The notes: generated by a model from the sequence alone, not told the origin. Shown: positions 19,466 through 27,689, counted from the first letter of the stretch. The stretch: DNA of 64,000 bases from Fibrobacterota bacterium (GCA_947466585.1 CANIEU010000008.1:30797-94796); one strand, 5' to 3'. Made by a program: numbers and translations.

Positions 19466-20665
19466 CTATTCCGATTTCGGCTTCGCCGCCAGCACCTGAT
19501 ACACGTTCGCACGCACGCTGATCGCGCCGTTGTCGAGGAACATGCCGCGCACGGGCTTGAACCAGATGTCCTTTTCGAACTTCGGGTCTGGGAACAACAT
19601 GCACACGCGTGCGCCGGGGCAGCGCATTTTGAGGAAGTAACCGAAGTCCTCGTACAGCTTGTGAATCGCCGCGACGGATTTCGCGTCGGGCGTCTCGCCG
19701 TCCGCACCCACGCGCACACCATAGGGCGGATTGGTCACGATCACCGAGCCGGTGTAGTCGCCGTCGAGCTTGCGGAAGTCGGCGAGGCCGACGCTCACGG
19801 AAGCGGCCCAGGGCGTGCGCTTGAAGTTCGCACGCGCGGAGATCACCGCCTGCGCGTCGATGTCGGCGCCGCCGATAAGCCCGGGTTTGAGCGGGATGAT
19901 TTTCGCATCGAACTCGGCCTTCACGCGTTGCCAGGTCTCCGCGTCGTAATCAGGCAGGGCCTCGAACCCTTGCCGCGCGCGGAACCAGCCGCCCGGCGTA
20001 TGCGTGGCCAACATGGCGGCCTCAAGCAGAAGGGTGCCGCTGCCGCAGAAGAAGTCGCGCAGCGGTTCGCCCTTTTCGAACGGATCCCACTTGGCGAGGC
20101 GCAGCATGGCCGCCGCGAGATTCTCCTTGAGTGGCGCTTCCACCGCCGCGCCGCGATAGCCGCGCTTGTGCATCACGCCGGACGAATAGTACAGGCTGAT
20201 GACGGCCTTGTCGCGATGGATGAACAGGTTGAGGCGCACATCGGGATCGTCTTTGTCGACATCGGGACGTTCGCCACGCTCGTCGCGGATCACGTCGACG
20301 ATCGCATCCTTGAGGCGCAACGCCGCAAATTGGCTGTGCGTCATGTTGGAATCGGCGACGGTGGCGGAGACCTTGAACGTTTGGCCCGGGCGCACGATGG
20401 CGGCCCAATTCAGTTCGCGCGCGTTCTCGTAGAGCGTCTCGTCGTCGGGGCATTCGAACTCCGCCAGCGGACGCAGCACGCGCGAAGCGATGCGCGAACC
20501 GTACACCACGCGATAGACTTCCTCACGCGTCAGTTGCGCATCGACGCCCAAGTGCGTGGCAAGCGCGCCCGTGATGCCGAGCTCCTTGAGCTCGTTCTGG
20601 AGCATCGGCTCAAGATTGCGCGCGCAGGCTATGAAGAAAGGATGTCGGGGTTCTGTGGGTGACAT
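19466..20665 (-). CDS. THUMP-domain class I SAM-dependent RNA methyltransferase (RlmL/RlmK N-terminal-type, m2G)
   Basis: THUMP-like N-half, FFCGSGTLLLEAA (SAM motif I), VIVTNPPYGVRVG (NPPY). ATG 20665 preferred over TTG 20689. Confidence 0.8.
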   Translation of the reverse strand: MSPTEPRHPFFIACARNLEPMLQNELKELGITGALATHLGVDAQLTREEVYRVVYGSRIASRVLRPLAEFECPDDETLYENARELNWAAIVRPGQTFKVSATVADSNMTHSQFAALRLKDAIVDVIRDERGERPDVDKDDPDVRLNLFIHRDKAVISLYYSSGVMHKRGYRGAAVEAPLKENLAAAMLRLAKWDPFEKGEPLRDFFCGSGTLLLEAAMLATHTPGGWFRARQGFEALPDYDAETWQRVKAEFDAKIIPLKPGLIGGADIDAQAVISARANFKRTPWAASVSVGLADFRKLDGDYTGSVIVTNPPYGVRVGADGETPDAKSVAAIHKLYEDFGYFLKMRCPGARVCMLFPDPKFEKDIWFKPVRGMFLDNGAISVRANVYQVLAAKPKSE

Positions 20666-20679
20666 GGGTACGACCGGGG

Positions 20680-20819
20680 AAATGATCAATGCTCAATGAG
20701 CAATGCTCAGGAAATAACAAGGGTGTCTTAAATTCGGCTCGCTTGCTGTAGAATCAGCGAGGCGTTCCGCAGGGTTCGGTTGAAAATTGATCATTGCTCA
20801 TTGAGCATTGATCAATACA
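20680..20819. repeat. E1: inverted arrays of tandem heptamers (CAATGNN / CATTGNN) around an 86-nt spacer
   Basis: Left AAATGAT CAATGCT CAATGAG CAATGCT (20680-20707). Right AATTGAT CATTGCT CATTGAG CATTGAT (20785-20812). 23-nt perfect complement 20683-20705 vs 20792-20814. Confidence 0.85.
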
Positions 20820-21222
20820 TTCCTCTCTGAATCACCACGATCTCCGGTTCTTTCGGCTTCTCGGGGCGCGGGGGGCGGTTGGGGTTGCCGCCGTTCTGAC
20901 CTTGGCCTCTGGAACCGTTCTGGCCCTTCTCGCCTCTATCGGTTCTTTCGCCCTTCTCGCCTTTCTCACCATTCCCCTCTTCCTTGGGGCGGGCTTCGCG
21001 CACGCTGATGGCGCGTCCCATGAGGTCGGCACCGGCCAAGGCTTCGATGGCCTTGCGACCCTCTTCCTCATTGGGCATCTCGACGAACCCGAACCCGCGC
21101 GAGCGGCCGCTGAGGCGGTCGCGGATGATGCGGGCGGATTCCACCGTGCCGTGCGCGGCAAACGCCTCTTGCAAGGCTTCGTCGGTGGCGGTGTACGAGA
21201 TGTTGCTGACGTAGATGTTCAT
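20812..21222 (-). CDS. RRM-type RNA-binding protein with Gly/Glu/Lys/Arg-rich tail
   Basis: MNIYVSNISY (RNP-2), RGFGFVEM (RNP-1). AAGGAA 6 nt upstream of ATG 21222. 136 aa. Confidence 0.88.
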   Translation of the reverse strand: MNIYVSNISYTATDEALQEAFAAHGTVESARIIRDRLSGRSRGFGFVEMPNEEEGRKAIEALAGADLMGRAISVREARPKEEGNGEKGEKGERTDRGEKGQNGSRGQGQNGGNPNRPPRPEKPKEPEIVVIQRGMY

Positions 21223-21505
21223 CCGCATTTCCTTGTTCGGGAGCCGGTGCAGGCGTTTTGAGACATGATGGAGGACATTATGGAAAAAAGGGCGTTTCGG
21301 CCGCAAGGGCGGGCGATTCCAAAAAAATGGCCTGACCGGAGTCCAAAATATAACCCGAATCGCAGGTTGATTGGCCCCGACCTTTTTTCCGCGGCTTTCT
21401 TGGCCTTCGAATGCCCTGCATTTCCGGAGAGAAGGGTATTTTTACGGGCCTACGACGATCGTCTCCGACCGGTTTTCGCCGGTTTCCTCCAGCCCGAAAC
21501 GCACC

Positions 21506-23092
21506 ATGGCCAATCTCTTCCTCGGTCTCGACTGTTCCACCCAAAGCTTCACGGCCTTGCTCCTCGAACAGACCATTCCCGGCGACCCGACTTCGACCCG
21601 CATTCTGCTGGAGCGCAGCCTCAACTTCGACGAACACTTCCCCGAATTCGGTACGCGCAACGGCGTGATCCCGGGCAAGAACGGCGAAGTGCATACGCCG
21701 CCGCAGCTGTGGGTGCGCGCACTCGAAGAGGCGCTCACGGTGCTACAAAAGCAGGGGGTTCCGCTCGACCAGGTGGCGGCCATCGGATTCTCGGGCCAGC
21801 AACACGGTTCGGTTTACCTCAACGCGGCAGCCGACAAGGCCCTCGCCGCACTCGACGGTTCCAAGGCGCTCGCGCCGCAACTCGACTTCGTGTACTCGCG
21901 CAAGACCTCGCCGATCTGGATGGATTCCAGCACTTCCGCGGAGTGCGCCGAAATCACCGCTGCGCTCGGCGGCAGCGATGCCGTTTGCGCGCTGACCGGC
22001 TCGAAAGCCTTTGAGCGTTTCACCGGCCCGCAGATCCGCAAGTTCTACAAGACCGAGCCCGAGCATTATCAGGCCACGGCGCACATATGCCTCGTCTCGA
22101 GTTTCATTCCCTCCTTGCTTGCAGGCAAGATCGTCCCGATCGATCCGGGAGACGGCGCGGGCATGAACCTGATGGATATCGCGCGCCGCCAGTGGAGCCA
22201 TGCCGCGCTCGAGGCCACCGCGCCCGGCCTGTCGTCCAAGCTGTTGCCGGTGCTCGAGTCGGATCAAGTGGCCGCGACCATTTCGCCTTACTTCGTGAAG
22301 CGCTTCGGCTTCTCGCCCGCCTGCAAAATCCTGCCCGGCACGGGCGACAACCCCGCCAGCTTGGTTGGCCTCGGTCTCGTTTCGGGCGGCGCGCTCGGCA
22401 TTTCGCTGGGCACCAGCGACACGCTCTTCGCCTACATGAACGCCGTGTGCACCGATCCCACCGGTGCCTCGCACGTGTTCGGCAGCCCCACGGGCGGCTA
22501 CATGGCGATCTCCGTGTACAAGAACGGCAGCCTCGCGCGCGAGGCCGTGCGCCAGCGCCACGCGCTCACTTGGGAACAGTTCTCCGACATTCTCGGCCGC
22601 ACGCCTCCGGGCAACAACGGCGCGGCGATGCTGCCCTACTTCGGCACCGAGATCGTGCCGCACGTGCAGAAGCCCGGCGCGCAGCGTTACGGTTTCGCCG
22701 AAGGCGATGCGGACGCGGAAGTGCGCGCAGTGGTGGAAGCGCAGATGACCAGCATGCTCGTGCATGCGGAGTGGATGGGCGAAAAGCCGAGACGCATCCA
22801 GGCCACGGGCGGTGCGTCGAACAACCGCGAGATTCTGCAGATCATGGCCGACGTGTTCGGCGTACCGGTGATGCGTCAAGAGACCTCGAACTCCGCGGCG
22901 CTCGGTGCCGCAGTGTGCGCGCAGCATGCGGCCTTGCGCGAAGCGGGAACCCCGGCTTCGTTCGAATCGCTGACCCTGCCGCACGTGAAGGCGACCTTCA
23001 CCCTTCAGCCGAACCCGAAAAACACGGCGGCGTATGCGAAGTTCGCCAAGTTGTATCGTGAGAAAGAAACGGCGTACGTAGCGACGTTGTAA
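21506..23092 (+). CDS. xylB: FGGY-family carbohydrate kinase, xylulokinase-like
   Basis: MANLFLGLDCSTQS N-terminus, GFSGQQHGSV, PGTGDNPASLVGLG, ATGGASNNREILQIMADVFG. The upstream part of the track ORF has no support. Confidence 0.8.
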   Translation: MANLFLGLDCSTQSFTALLLEQTIPGDPTSTRILLERSLNFDEHFPEFGTRNGVIPGKNGEVHTPPQLWVRALEEALTVLQKQGVPLDQVAAIGFSGQQHGSVYLNAAADKALAALDGSKALAPQLDFVYSRKTSPIWMDSSTSAECAEITAALGGSDAVCALTGSKAFERFTGPQIRKFYKTEPEHYQATAHICLVSSFIPSLLAGKIVPIDPGDGAGMNLMDIARRQWSHAALEATAPGLSSKLLPVLESDQVAATISPYFVKRFGFSPACKILPGTGDNPASLVGLGLVSGGALGISLGTSDTLFAYMNAVCTDPTGASHVFGSPTGGYMAISVYKNGSLAREAVRQRHALTWEQFSDILGRTPPGNNGAAMLPYFGTEIVPHVQKPGAQRYGFAEGDADAEVRAVVEAQMTSMLVHAEWMGEKPRRIQATGGASNNREILQIMADVFGVPVMRQETSNSAALGAAVCAQHAALREAGTPASFESLTLPHVKATFTLQPNPKNTAAYAKFAKLYREKETAYVATL

Positions 23093-23127
23093 TTCCGGAA
23101 GCCACGTACGTGGCGACGTTGTAATTC
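23073..23127 (+). repeat. 32-nt-period tandem duplication of the xylB 3' end
   Basis: CGTACGTAGCGACGTTGTAATTC (23073-23095, contains the xylB stop TAA 23090-23092) repeated as CGTACGTGGCGACGTTGTAATTC (23105-23127), 22/23 identical. Confidence 0.85.
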
Positions 23128-23165
23128 GCACGTGTAAATTCCGTGCGCGGAGATGTTTGAAGAGA

Positions 23166-23194
23166 GGGGTGGGCGAAAGCCTGCCCCTTTTTTT
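23166..23194 (+). terminator. rho-independent terminator after xylB
   Basis: GGGGTGGGC-GAAA-GCCTGCCCC (9-bp stem incl. two G-U pairs, GNRA loop) followed by T7. Confidence 0.8.
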
Positions 23195-23204
23195 ATCGAA
23201 CGGA

Positions 23205-23516
23205 TTATGGGAGCGGGCGAAAGCTTGCGAGCCACTCCATCGCCCCCGCCAATGGCGCCGCTTCCAACTTGCGCGGACGCCGCTGCGCATCACGCCCGCG
23301 CGACACCAGCCCCGCCTCTTCCAGCACCTTGAGATGTTTTGAGATGGCGGGCTGACTCAGCTCGAAGGGCTCCGCGAGTTCGGCCACCGAAACCAAACCC
23401 TCCAACAAACGCGCGAGAATCGCCCGGCGCGTCGGATCGGACAAGGCTGCGAAAATCGCATCCAACGGGTCGGGAGCGGGGTTGCCGTAGGAATGTCCAT
23501 ATCCAAATGGTTGCAT
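23205..23516 (-). CDS. ArsR/SmtB-family transcriptional regulator (no cysteines)
   Basis: ALSDPTRRAILARLLEGLVSVAELAEPFELSQPAISKHLKVLEEAGLV winged-HTH signature. 103 aa, contains no Cys. Confidence 0.88.
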   Translation of the reverse strand: MQPFGYGHSYGNPAPDPLDAIFAALSDPTRRAILARLLEGLVSVAELAEPFELSQPAISKHLKVLEEAGLVSRGRDAQRRPRKLEAAPLAGAMEWLASFRPLP

Positions 23517-23721
23517 AGCCTAATAGTAATATTATGGTCGATAGCTTCGCAGAAACACAATTTTTCGGCCCTCCCTGCGGTTTTTCCCGTATTCGCCCCC
23601 GGCGACGCAGGACCGATGCCCGGAGTCCCGAACCCGGGGCGGCCCGCGAAGCAACATCGACCACACTCCGCTGCAATCCCCGTGCAACACCGCCCGGCTA
23701 CTCTATGACCTGTTCGCCGGA

Positions 23722-24624
23722 ATGTCTCCGGGAAGAACGAATCAAAGTAGGCCGGCCATGTCTCAAATGCTGCGCACCGCACCCCTTTCTGCACCCGTCG
23801 CTCCCGTTCTTCCGCTGCCTGTACCCGCCGAACTGGAGTCGGCCTTCGCCGATTATCCGCGCCATGCGGAAGGCATTCCCCCGATGGTTCTGGAGCGCGG
23901 CGAATACCGTTTGCACTTCGCCACCACTCCGCTCGAACTCGACGAAATTCTGCGTTTGCGCTACGACGTGTACAATCTCGAACTCGGCGAAGGCTTGGAA
24001 GAGTCGGCGCGTACGGGACGCGATGCGGACGCCTTTGATGCACAATGCCACCACTTGCTCGTGCGTCACAAAGACAGCGGCGAGTGCGTCGGCACCTACC
24101 GCCTGCAAACCGCGGCCATGGCGCGCACGGGATGCGGGTTCTACACCGATCAGGAGTTCCGCGTTGCGGATCTGCCCGAGTCCATCCGCGAGGAGGCGGT
24201 GGAGGTGGGACGTGCATGCATCGGCCGCGCGCACCGCAACGGCCAGGTGCTGCACCTGCTGTGGAAGGGCCTCGCGAACTATCTGCTCTGGAACAACAAG
24301 CGCCACTTGTTCGGCGCCTGCTCGCTGGCGAGCACCGATCCCATCGAAGGCATCGCGCTGTATCGCGAGCTTTCGGCCAACGGCAGCCTGCATCCCGAGA
24401 TCCGCGTGGAGCCGCGCGCCGGCTGGGAATGCCGCCTCGGCGATGCGATCCCCGTGGGCACGGTGGCGCCCGAGATTCCGCGTCTGCTGCAAGGCTACCT
24501 GAGTTTGGGCGGCAGCGTGTGTGGCGAGCCCGCGCTCGATCGCGCTTTCAAGACCATCGACTACCTCGTGCTCCTCGACGTGGAAGCGATGCCGGCAGGC
24601 GTGTTCCGCCGTTTCGTTTCGTGA
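23722..24624 (+). CDS. olsB: GNAT-fold N-acyltransferase, OlsB-like (aminolipid synthesis)
   Basis: YRLHFATTPLELDEILRLRYDVYNLELGEG, VGRACIGRAHRNG, LLQGYLSLGGSVCGEPALDRAFKTIDYLVLLD; resembles ornithine/amino-acid acyl-ACP N-acyltransferases. Followed by a PlsC-type acyltransferase. Alternative start ATG 23758. Confidence 0.7.
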   Translation: MSPGRTNQSRPAMSQMLRTAPLSAPVAPVLPLPVPAELESAFADYPRHAEGIPPMVLERGEYRLHFATTPLELDEILRLRYDVYNLELGEGLEESARTGRDADAFDAQCHHLLVRHKDSGECVGTYRLQTAAMARTGCGFYTDQEFRVADLPESIREEAVEVGRACIGRAHRNGQVLHLLWKGLANYLLWNNKRHLFGACSLASTDPIEGIALYRELSANGSLHPEIRVEPRAGWECRLGDAIPVGTVAPEIPRLLQGYLSLGGSVCGEPALDRAFKTIDYLVLLDVEAMPAGVFRRFVS

Positions 24625-24631
24625 GCTCGTT

Positions 24632-25597
24632 GTGGCTGAAACGGTGATCGCCACGCTGCGCGGCAGCTTGCGTGCCGCGGGATTCGTCTTGTGGACGCTC
24701 GCGGTCGGCGGCGCGTGGCTGTGCGTTCGAATGTTCCTGCGCAAGAGTGACCGCGCCGCGCGTGCGGCAGGCGGGGCGATGACGCTGCACCTTTGGTCGC
24801 GCGGATTGTGCCGGTTGCTGGGCCTGCGCGTGAAGGTGACGGGCGAGGCCTGTCGCGGGCCCGCGCTGCGTGTCGGGAACCATCGCGGTTATCTCGATGT
24901 GATCGTACTCTCCTCCGTGTCGCCGGCGCTCTTCGTTTCAAAGGACGATTTGGCCACATGGCCCGTACTCGGGTATTTGGGCGCGTCGGTGGGCACGCTG
25001 TTTCTCGATCGCACGCGGCCGCGCGCCGTGGCGGAAACAGGTGCGGCCATGTCGGAGCTCTTCGCCCTGCAACAATCGGTGATCGTGTTTCCGGAAGGGA
25101 CGACTACCGCTGACGACGGCACCGGCGCCGCATTGGCGCCGTTTCATTCCTCGCTGTTCGAACCCGCCCTGCGCGGCGACGTGGCCGTGCAGGCGGTAGC
25201 CCTCACCTTCGCAGGCCGCACGGGGAATGCGGGAGATTCTGCGGATGCCGCGGATCTCGCCACCTGGACGGGCGACGCGACTTTTCTGCCGCATCTGTGG
25301 CGATTGTTTTGCGCGCGCGGACTTGAGGTGCGGGCGATTTTTCGCGAACCGGTACGAGGCTTGACCGATCGGCGCGCCGCGGCGGATGATGCGCGGGAAT
25401 GGATTCGCGCAACCCTTTTAAACGGGATGAGCGAACGAGTCGGCCGGAAACCAGCGGCGCACGGCATCGGCCACGGAGCCGGTTTCGTGCGCGGCATCCC
25501 GCACGAACTGCGGCGCCTCGGCGATCGCCACCGCGCGACCGGCTTCGCGCAACAGGGGAAGGTCGTTGGCCGAATCGCCGATCGCCACGGCGCCTGA
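24632..25597 (+). CDS. olsA: lysophospholipid (PlsC-family) acyltransferase, OlsA-like
   Basis: NHRGYLD (HX4D) and VIVFPEGTT motifs. GTG 24632 is 8 nt after the olsB stop. The last ~180 nt overlap the convergent HAD gene. Confidence 0.7.
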   Translation: MAETVIATLRGSLRAAGFVLWTLAVGGAWLCVRMFLRKSDRAARAAGGAMTLHLWSRGLCRLLGLRVKVTGEACRGPALRVGNHRGYLDVIVLSSVSPALFVSKDDLATWPVLGYLGASVGTLFLDRTRPRAVAETGAAMSELFALQQSVIVFPEGTTTADDGTGAALAPFHSSLFEPALRGDVAVQAVALTFAGRTGNAGDSADAADLATWTGDATFLPHLWRLFCARGLEVRAIFREPVRGLTDRRAAADDAREWIRATLLNGMSERVGRKPAAHGIGHGAGFVRGIPHELRRLGDRHRATGFAQQGKVVGRIADRHGA

Positions 25598-26269
25598 CGC
25601 GCCCTCGACAGATAGGCCGAGGCGTTCGCCCAGCCGTCGCGCGCCCGCGAACTTCGATACGCCGCGCGGAGTGATCTCCAGCATGTAGTCGGCGTAGTAG
25701 GTGTTCTTGATTAACGCCGTTTCGAACGGCAGGCCCGCAAGCGCGTTCTGCGCTCGCGACAGCTCGGCTTCGGAACCCAGCAGGATCAACTCCACCACGG
25801 CGCGACCTTCCAGTTCGGCATAGTCGGTGAGCAAGGTGCAATAGCCGTCGTTCTTGGCGGTAAAGTCGCCGTTGCGCAGGCTGAGCCGACGGTGGTAGAC
25901 GTCGGGACCGCCGTCGGGCACGTAGGCTAGCGCGAGCGGATCCCAGCCCAAGGTGTCGAGCGCAGTGGCGGCGGCGGCGATGGACCCCGGATCGAATCCT
26001 TCGTGATGCAGCAACGTGCGGGTTTTCAAATCCTTGATCACGGCGCCGTTGTTGATGATGGCGTAGTCGACCAGATCCCACAACTCGAGTCGGTCGAGCA
26101 CACGCTTGAGCGTGGTCCAGCGGCGCCCGGTGGCGAGCACGATGGGAACACCTTGCGCCTTGAGCGTTTCGAGGGCGGCGCGGTTTGCATCGAGAAGATT
26201 GTTGTCGTGGTCGAGCAAGGTGCCGTCGACATCGGTGATGAACCAGGAGAAGGAGGGGCAGGAAGGCAT
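25418..26269 (-). CDS. Cof-type HAD-IIB hydrolase
   Basis: FITDVDGTLL, LATGRRW, AIGDSANDLPLL. ATG 26269 chosen; the longer track ORF would translate the heptamer array. Confidence 0.85.
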   Translation of the reverse strand: MPSCPSFSWFITDVDGTLLDHDNNLLDANRAALETLKAQGVPIVLATGRRWTTLKRVLDRLELWDLVDYAIINNGAVIKDLKTRTLLHHEGFDPGSIAAAATALDTLGWDPLALAYVPDGGPDVYHRRLSLRNGDFTAKNDGYCTLLTDYAELEGRAVVELILLGSEAELSRAQNALAGLPFETALIKNTYYADYMLEITPRGVSKFAGARRLGERLGLSVEGASGAVAIGDSANDLPLLREAGRAVAIAEAPQFVRDAAHETGSVADAVRRWFPADSFAHPV

Positions 26270-26279
26270 GGTGGGGCAG

Positions 26280-26402
26280 ACGGTAGTAGGTGGACGGTAG
26301 ACGGTAGAAAAACACATAAAACCACGCTTGGAGTGGGCTTAAGAACCCTGCGGGTGGACCTTATTCCCTACCGTCTACCTACTACCGTCTACCGTCTATC
26401 TT
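26280..26402. repeat. E2: inverted heptamer arrays (ACGGTAG / CTACCGT) in the HAD-arfB divergent region
   Basis: Left ACGGTAG TAGGTGG ACGGTAG ACGGTAG (26280-26307). Right CTACCGT CTACCTA CTACCGT CTACCGT CTATCTT (26368-26402). 60-nt spacer centred on GGGCTTAAGAACCC. Confidence 0.9.
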
Positions 26403-26408
26403 TCTCTC

Positions 26409-26759
26409 ATGCCCCCGATCCTACTTCCCGAAGACGACGACGCGCTTCTCGCCGAGTGCGACTTCGAAGCGCATCGCGCCTCGGGCAAGGGCGGCCAGCA
26501 TATCAACAAGACCGACAGTGCGGTGCGGCTGCATCATCGCCCCACGGGCATCACCGTCACGAGTCAGGAATCGCGCAGCCAGTGGCAGAACCGGATGTCG
26601 TGCCTGGAGAAGATTCGCGAGAAGGTAACGGCCCTCAACTTTGTCGCCAAACCGCGCAAGCCCACGAAGAAATCCCGATCCGCAAAACGGAACATCCTCG
26701 AGGAAAAGGCCAAGCATTCCGCGAAGAAGAAAACGCGTTCGTCACGGGATTGGGAATAG
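26409..26759 (+). CDS. arfB: alternative ribosome-rescue factor / peptidyl-tRNA hydrolase ArfB
   Basis: GGQ motif in [25 protein letters not shown], basic C-terminal tail ([30 protein letters not shown]). Confidence 0.85.
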   Translation: MPPILLPEDDDALLAECDFEAHRASGKGGQHINKTDSAVRLHHRPTGITVTSQESRSQWQNRMSCLEKIREKVTALNFVAKPRKPTKKSRSAKRNILEEKAKHSAKKKTRSSRDWE

Positions 26760-26870
26760 GGCAACACAGCAACACAACAGCACAACAATAAAGGCATTCC
26801 AATCAATCCATGCTTTTCGCTTTATTGCGCTTGTGTTCTATTGCTGTGTTGTTGTGATGTTGTATTGAAA
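26760..26870. repeat. E3: inverted arrays of tandem 8-nt CA-rich / TG-rich units between convergent genes
   Basis: Left GGCAACAC AGCAACAC AACAGCAC AACAATAA (26760-26791). Right TTGTGTTC TATTGCTG TGTTGTTG TGATGTTG TATTGAAA (26831-26870). Imperfect ~30-bp complementarity. Confidence 0.75.
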
Positions 26871-26899
26871 CTCAATTAGTCCGGTTTGATGTCCATTCC

Positions 26900-27679
26900 T
26901 TAAAGTTTCCCGGAAAAATGGTACGCCCACAATCCGAGATACTCGTGCAGGGCCACGCCGGTCGCATTGAGGCCTCCCGCCGAGGGAATCAGATCGAATA
27001 CCTTCGCGGGCGTGCCGGTCTCCGAAAGAAAATCGGTGGGTGCGGGATGCACGATGAAACCCTGCTTGCGGAAGGTGGCCGCGGCGCGCGGCATGTGGGA
27101 CGCCGAAGTCACCAGCAGGATTTCTTTTTTGAGATGCTGCGCATCGAAGAGCGCGCGGGTTTTTTCGGCATCGTCGGCGGTGGTGGTCGTTCCCGGTACG
27201 CCGCGCAAGGCTGATTCGGGGATGCCGAACAACTCGTGTAACGTTTTAACGTACAGATCCGCCTCACTCCCCGGTGCGTTGGTGAGAAAAGGGATGTAGC
27301 CGCCGGTGGCGACCACGAGCGGGGCATGCCCCTGTTTCCACAACCGCGCCGCATGCAACAGGCGATCGCCCGCCGCATTGGTCTCGGGATAGACACGCGG
27401 CGCGACCATGGGCGCCATGCCTCCGCCGAGCAGCACGATGGCCGCGGCGTTGGGGTTCGCGAGCAAGGGCGGGTTGCGGCGTTCGAGCCCCCACAGGAGG
27501 CGGTTGGCGACGCGGGTGCTGCCGGCCGTGTAAAGCACGGTGGCGACCACCAAGGCGAGCAGCCCGGCCAGTCGGGCGCCCTTGCGAAAGGCGAACCAGG
27601 CGGTGAGCAGGCAGAGCAAAAACGCCAGGCCCACGGGAGACAATAGGGCGGGCACGACTTTGGAAATGACCAGGAGCAT
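26900..27679 (-). CDS. YdcF-family (DUF218) protein
   Basis: N-terminal TM segments, AIVLLGGG, GDRLLHAARLWKQGHAPLVVATGG, LLVTSASHMPRAAATF. ATG 27679 chosen. Confidence 0.8.
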   Translation of the reverse strand: MLLVISKVVPALLSPVGLAFLLCLLTAWFAFRKGARLAGLLALVVATVLYTAGSTRVANRLLWGLERRNPPLLANPNAAAIVLLGGGMAPMVAPRVYPETNAAGDRLLHAARLWKQGHAPLVVATGGYIPFLTNAPGSEADLYVKTLHELFGIPESALRGVPGTTTTADDAEKTRALFDAQHLKKEILLVTSASHMPRAAATFRKQGFIVHPAPTDFLSETGTPAKVFDLIPSAGGLNATGVALHEYLGLWAYHFSGKL

Positions 27680-27689
27680 TGGGAAATAG

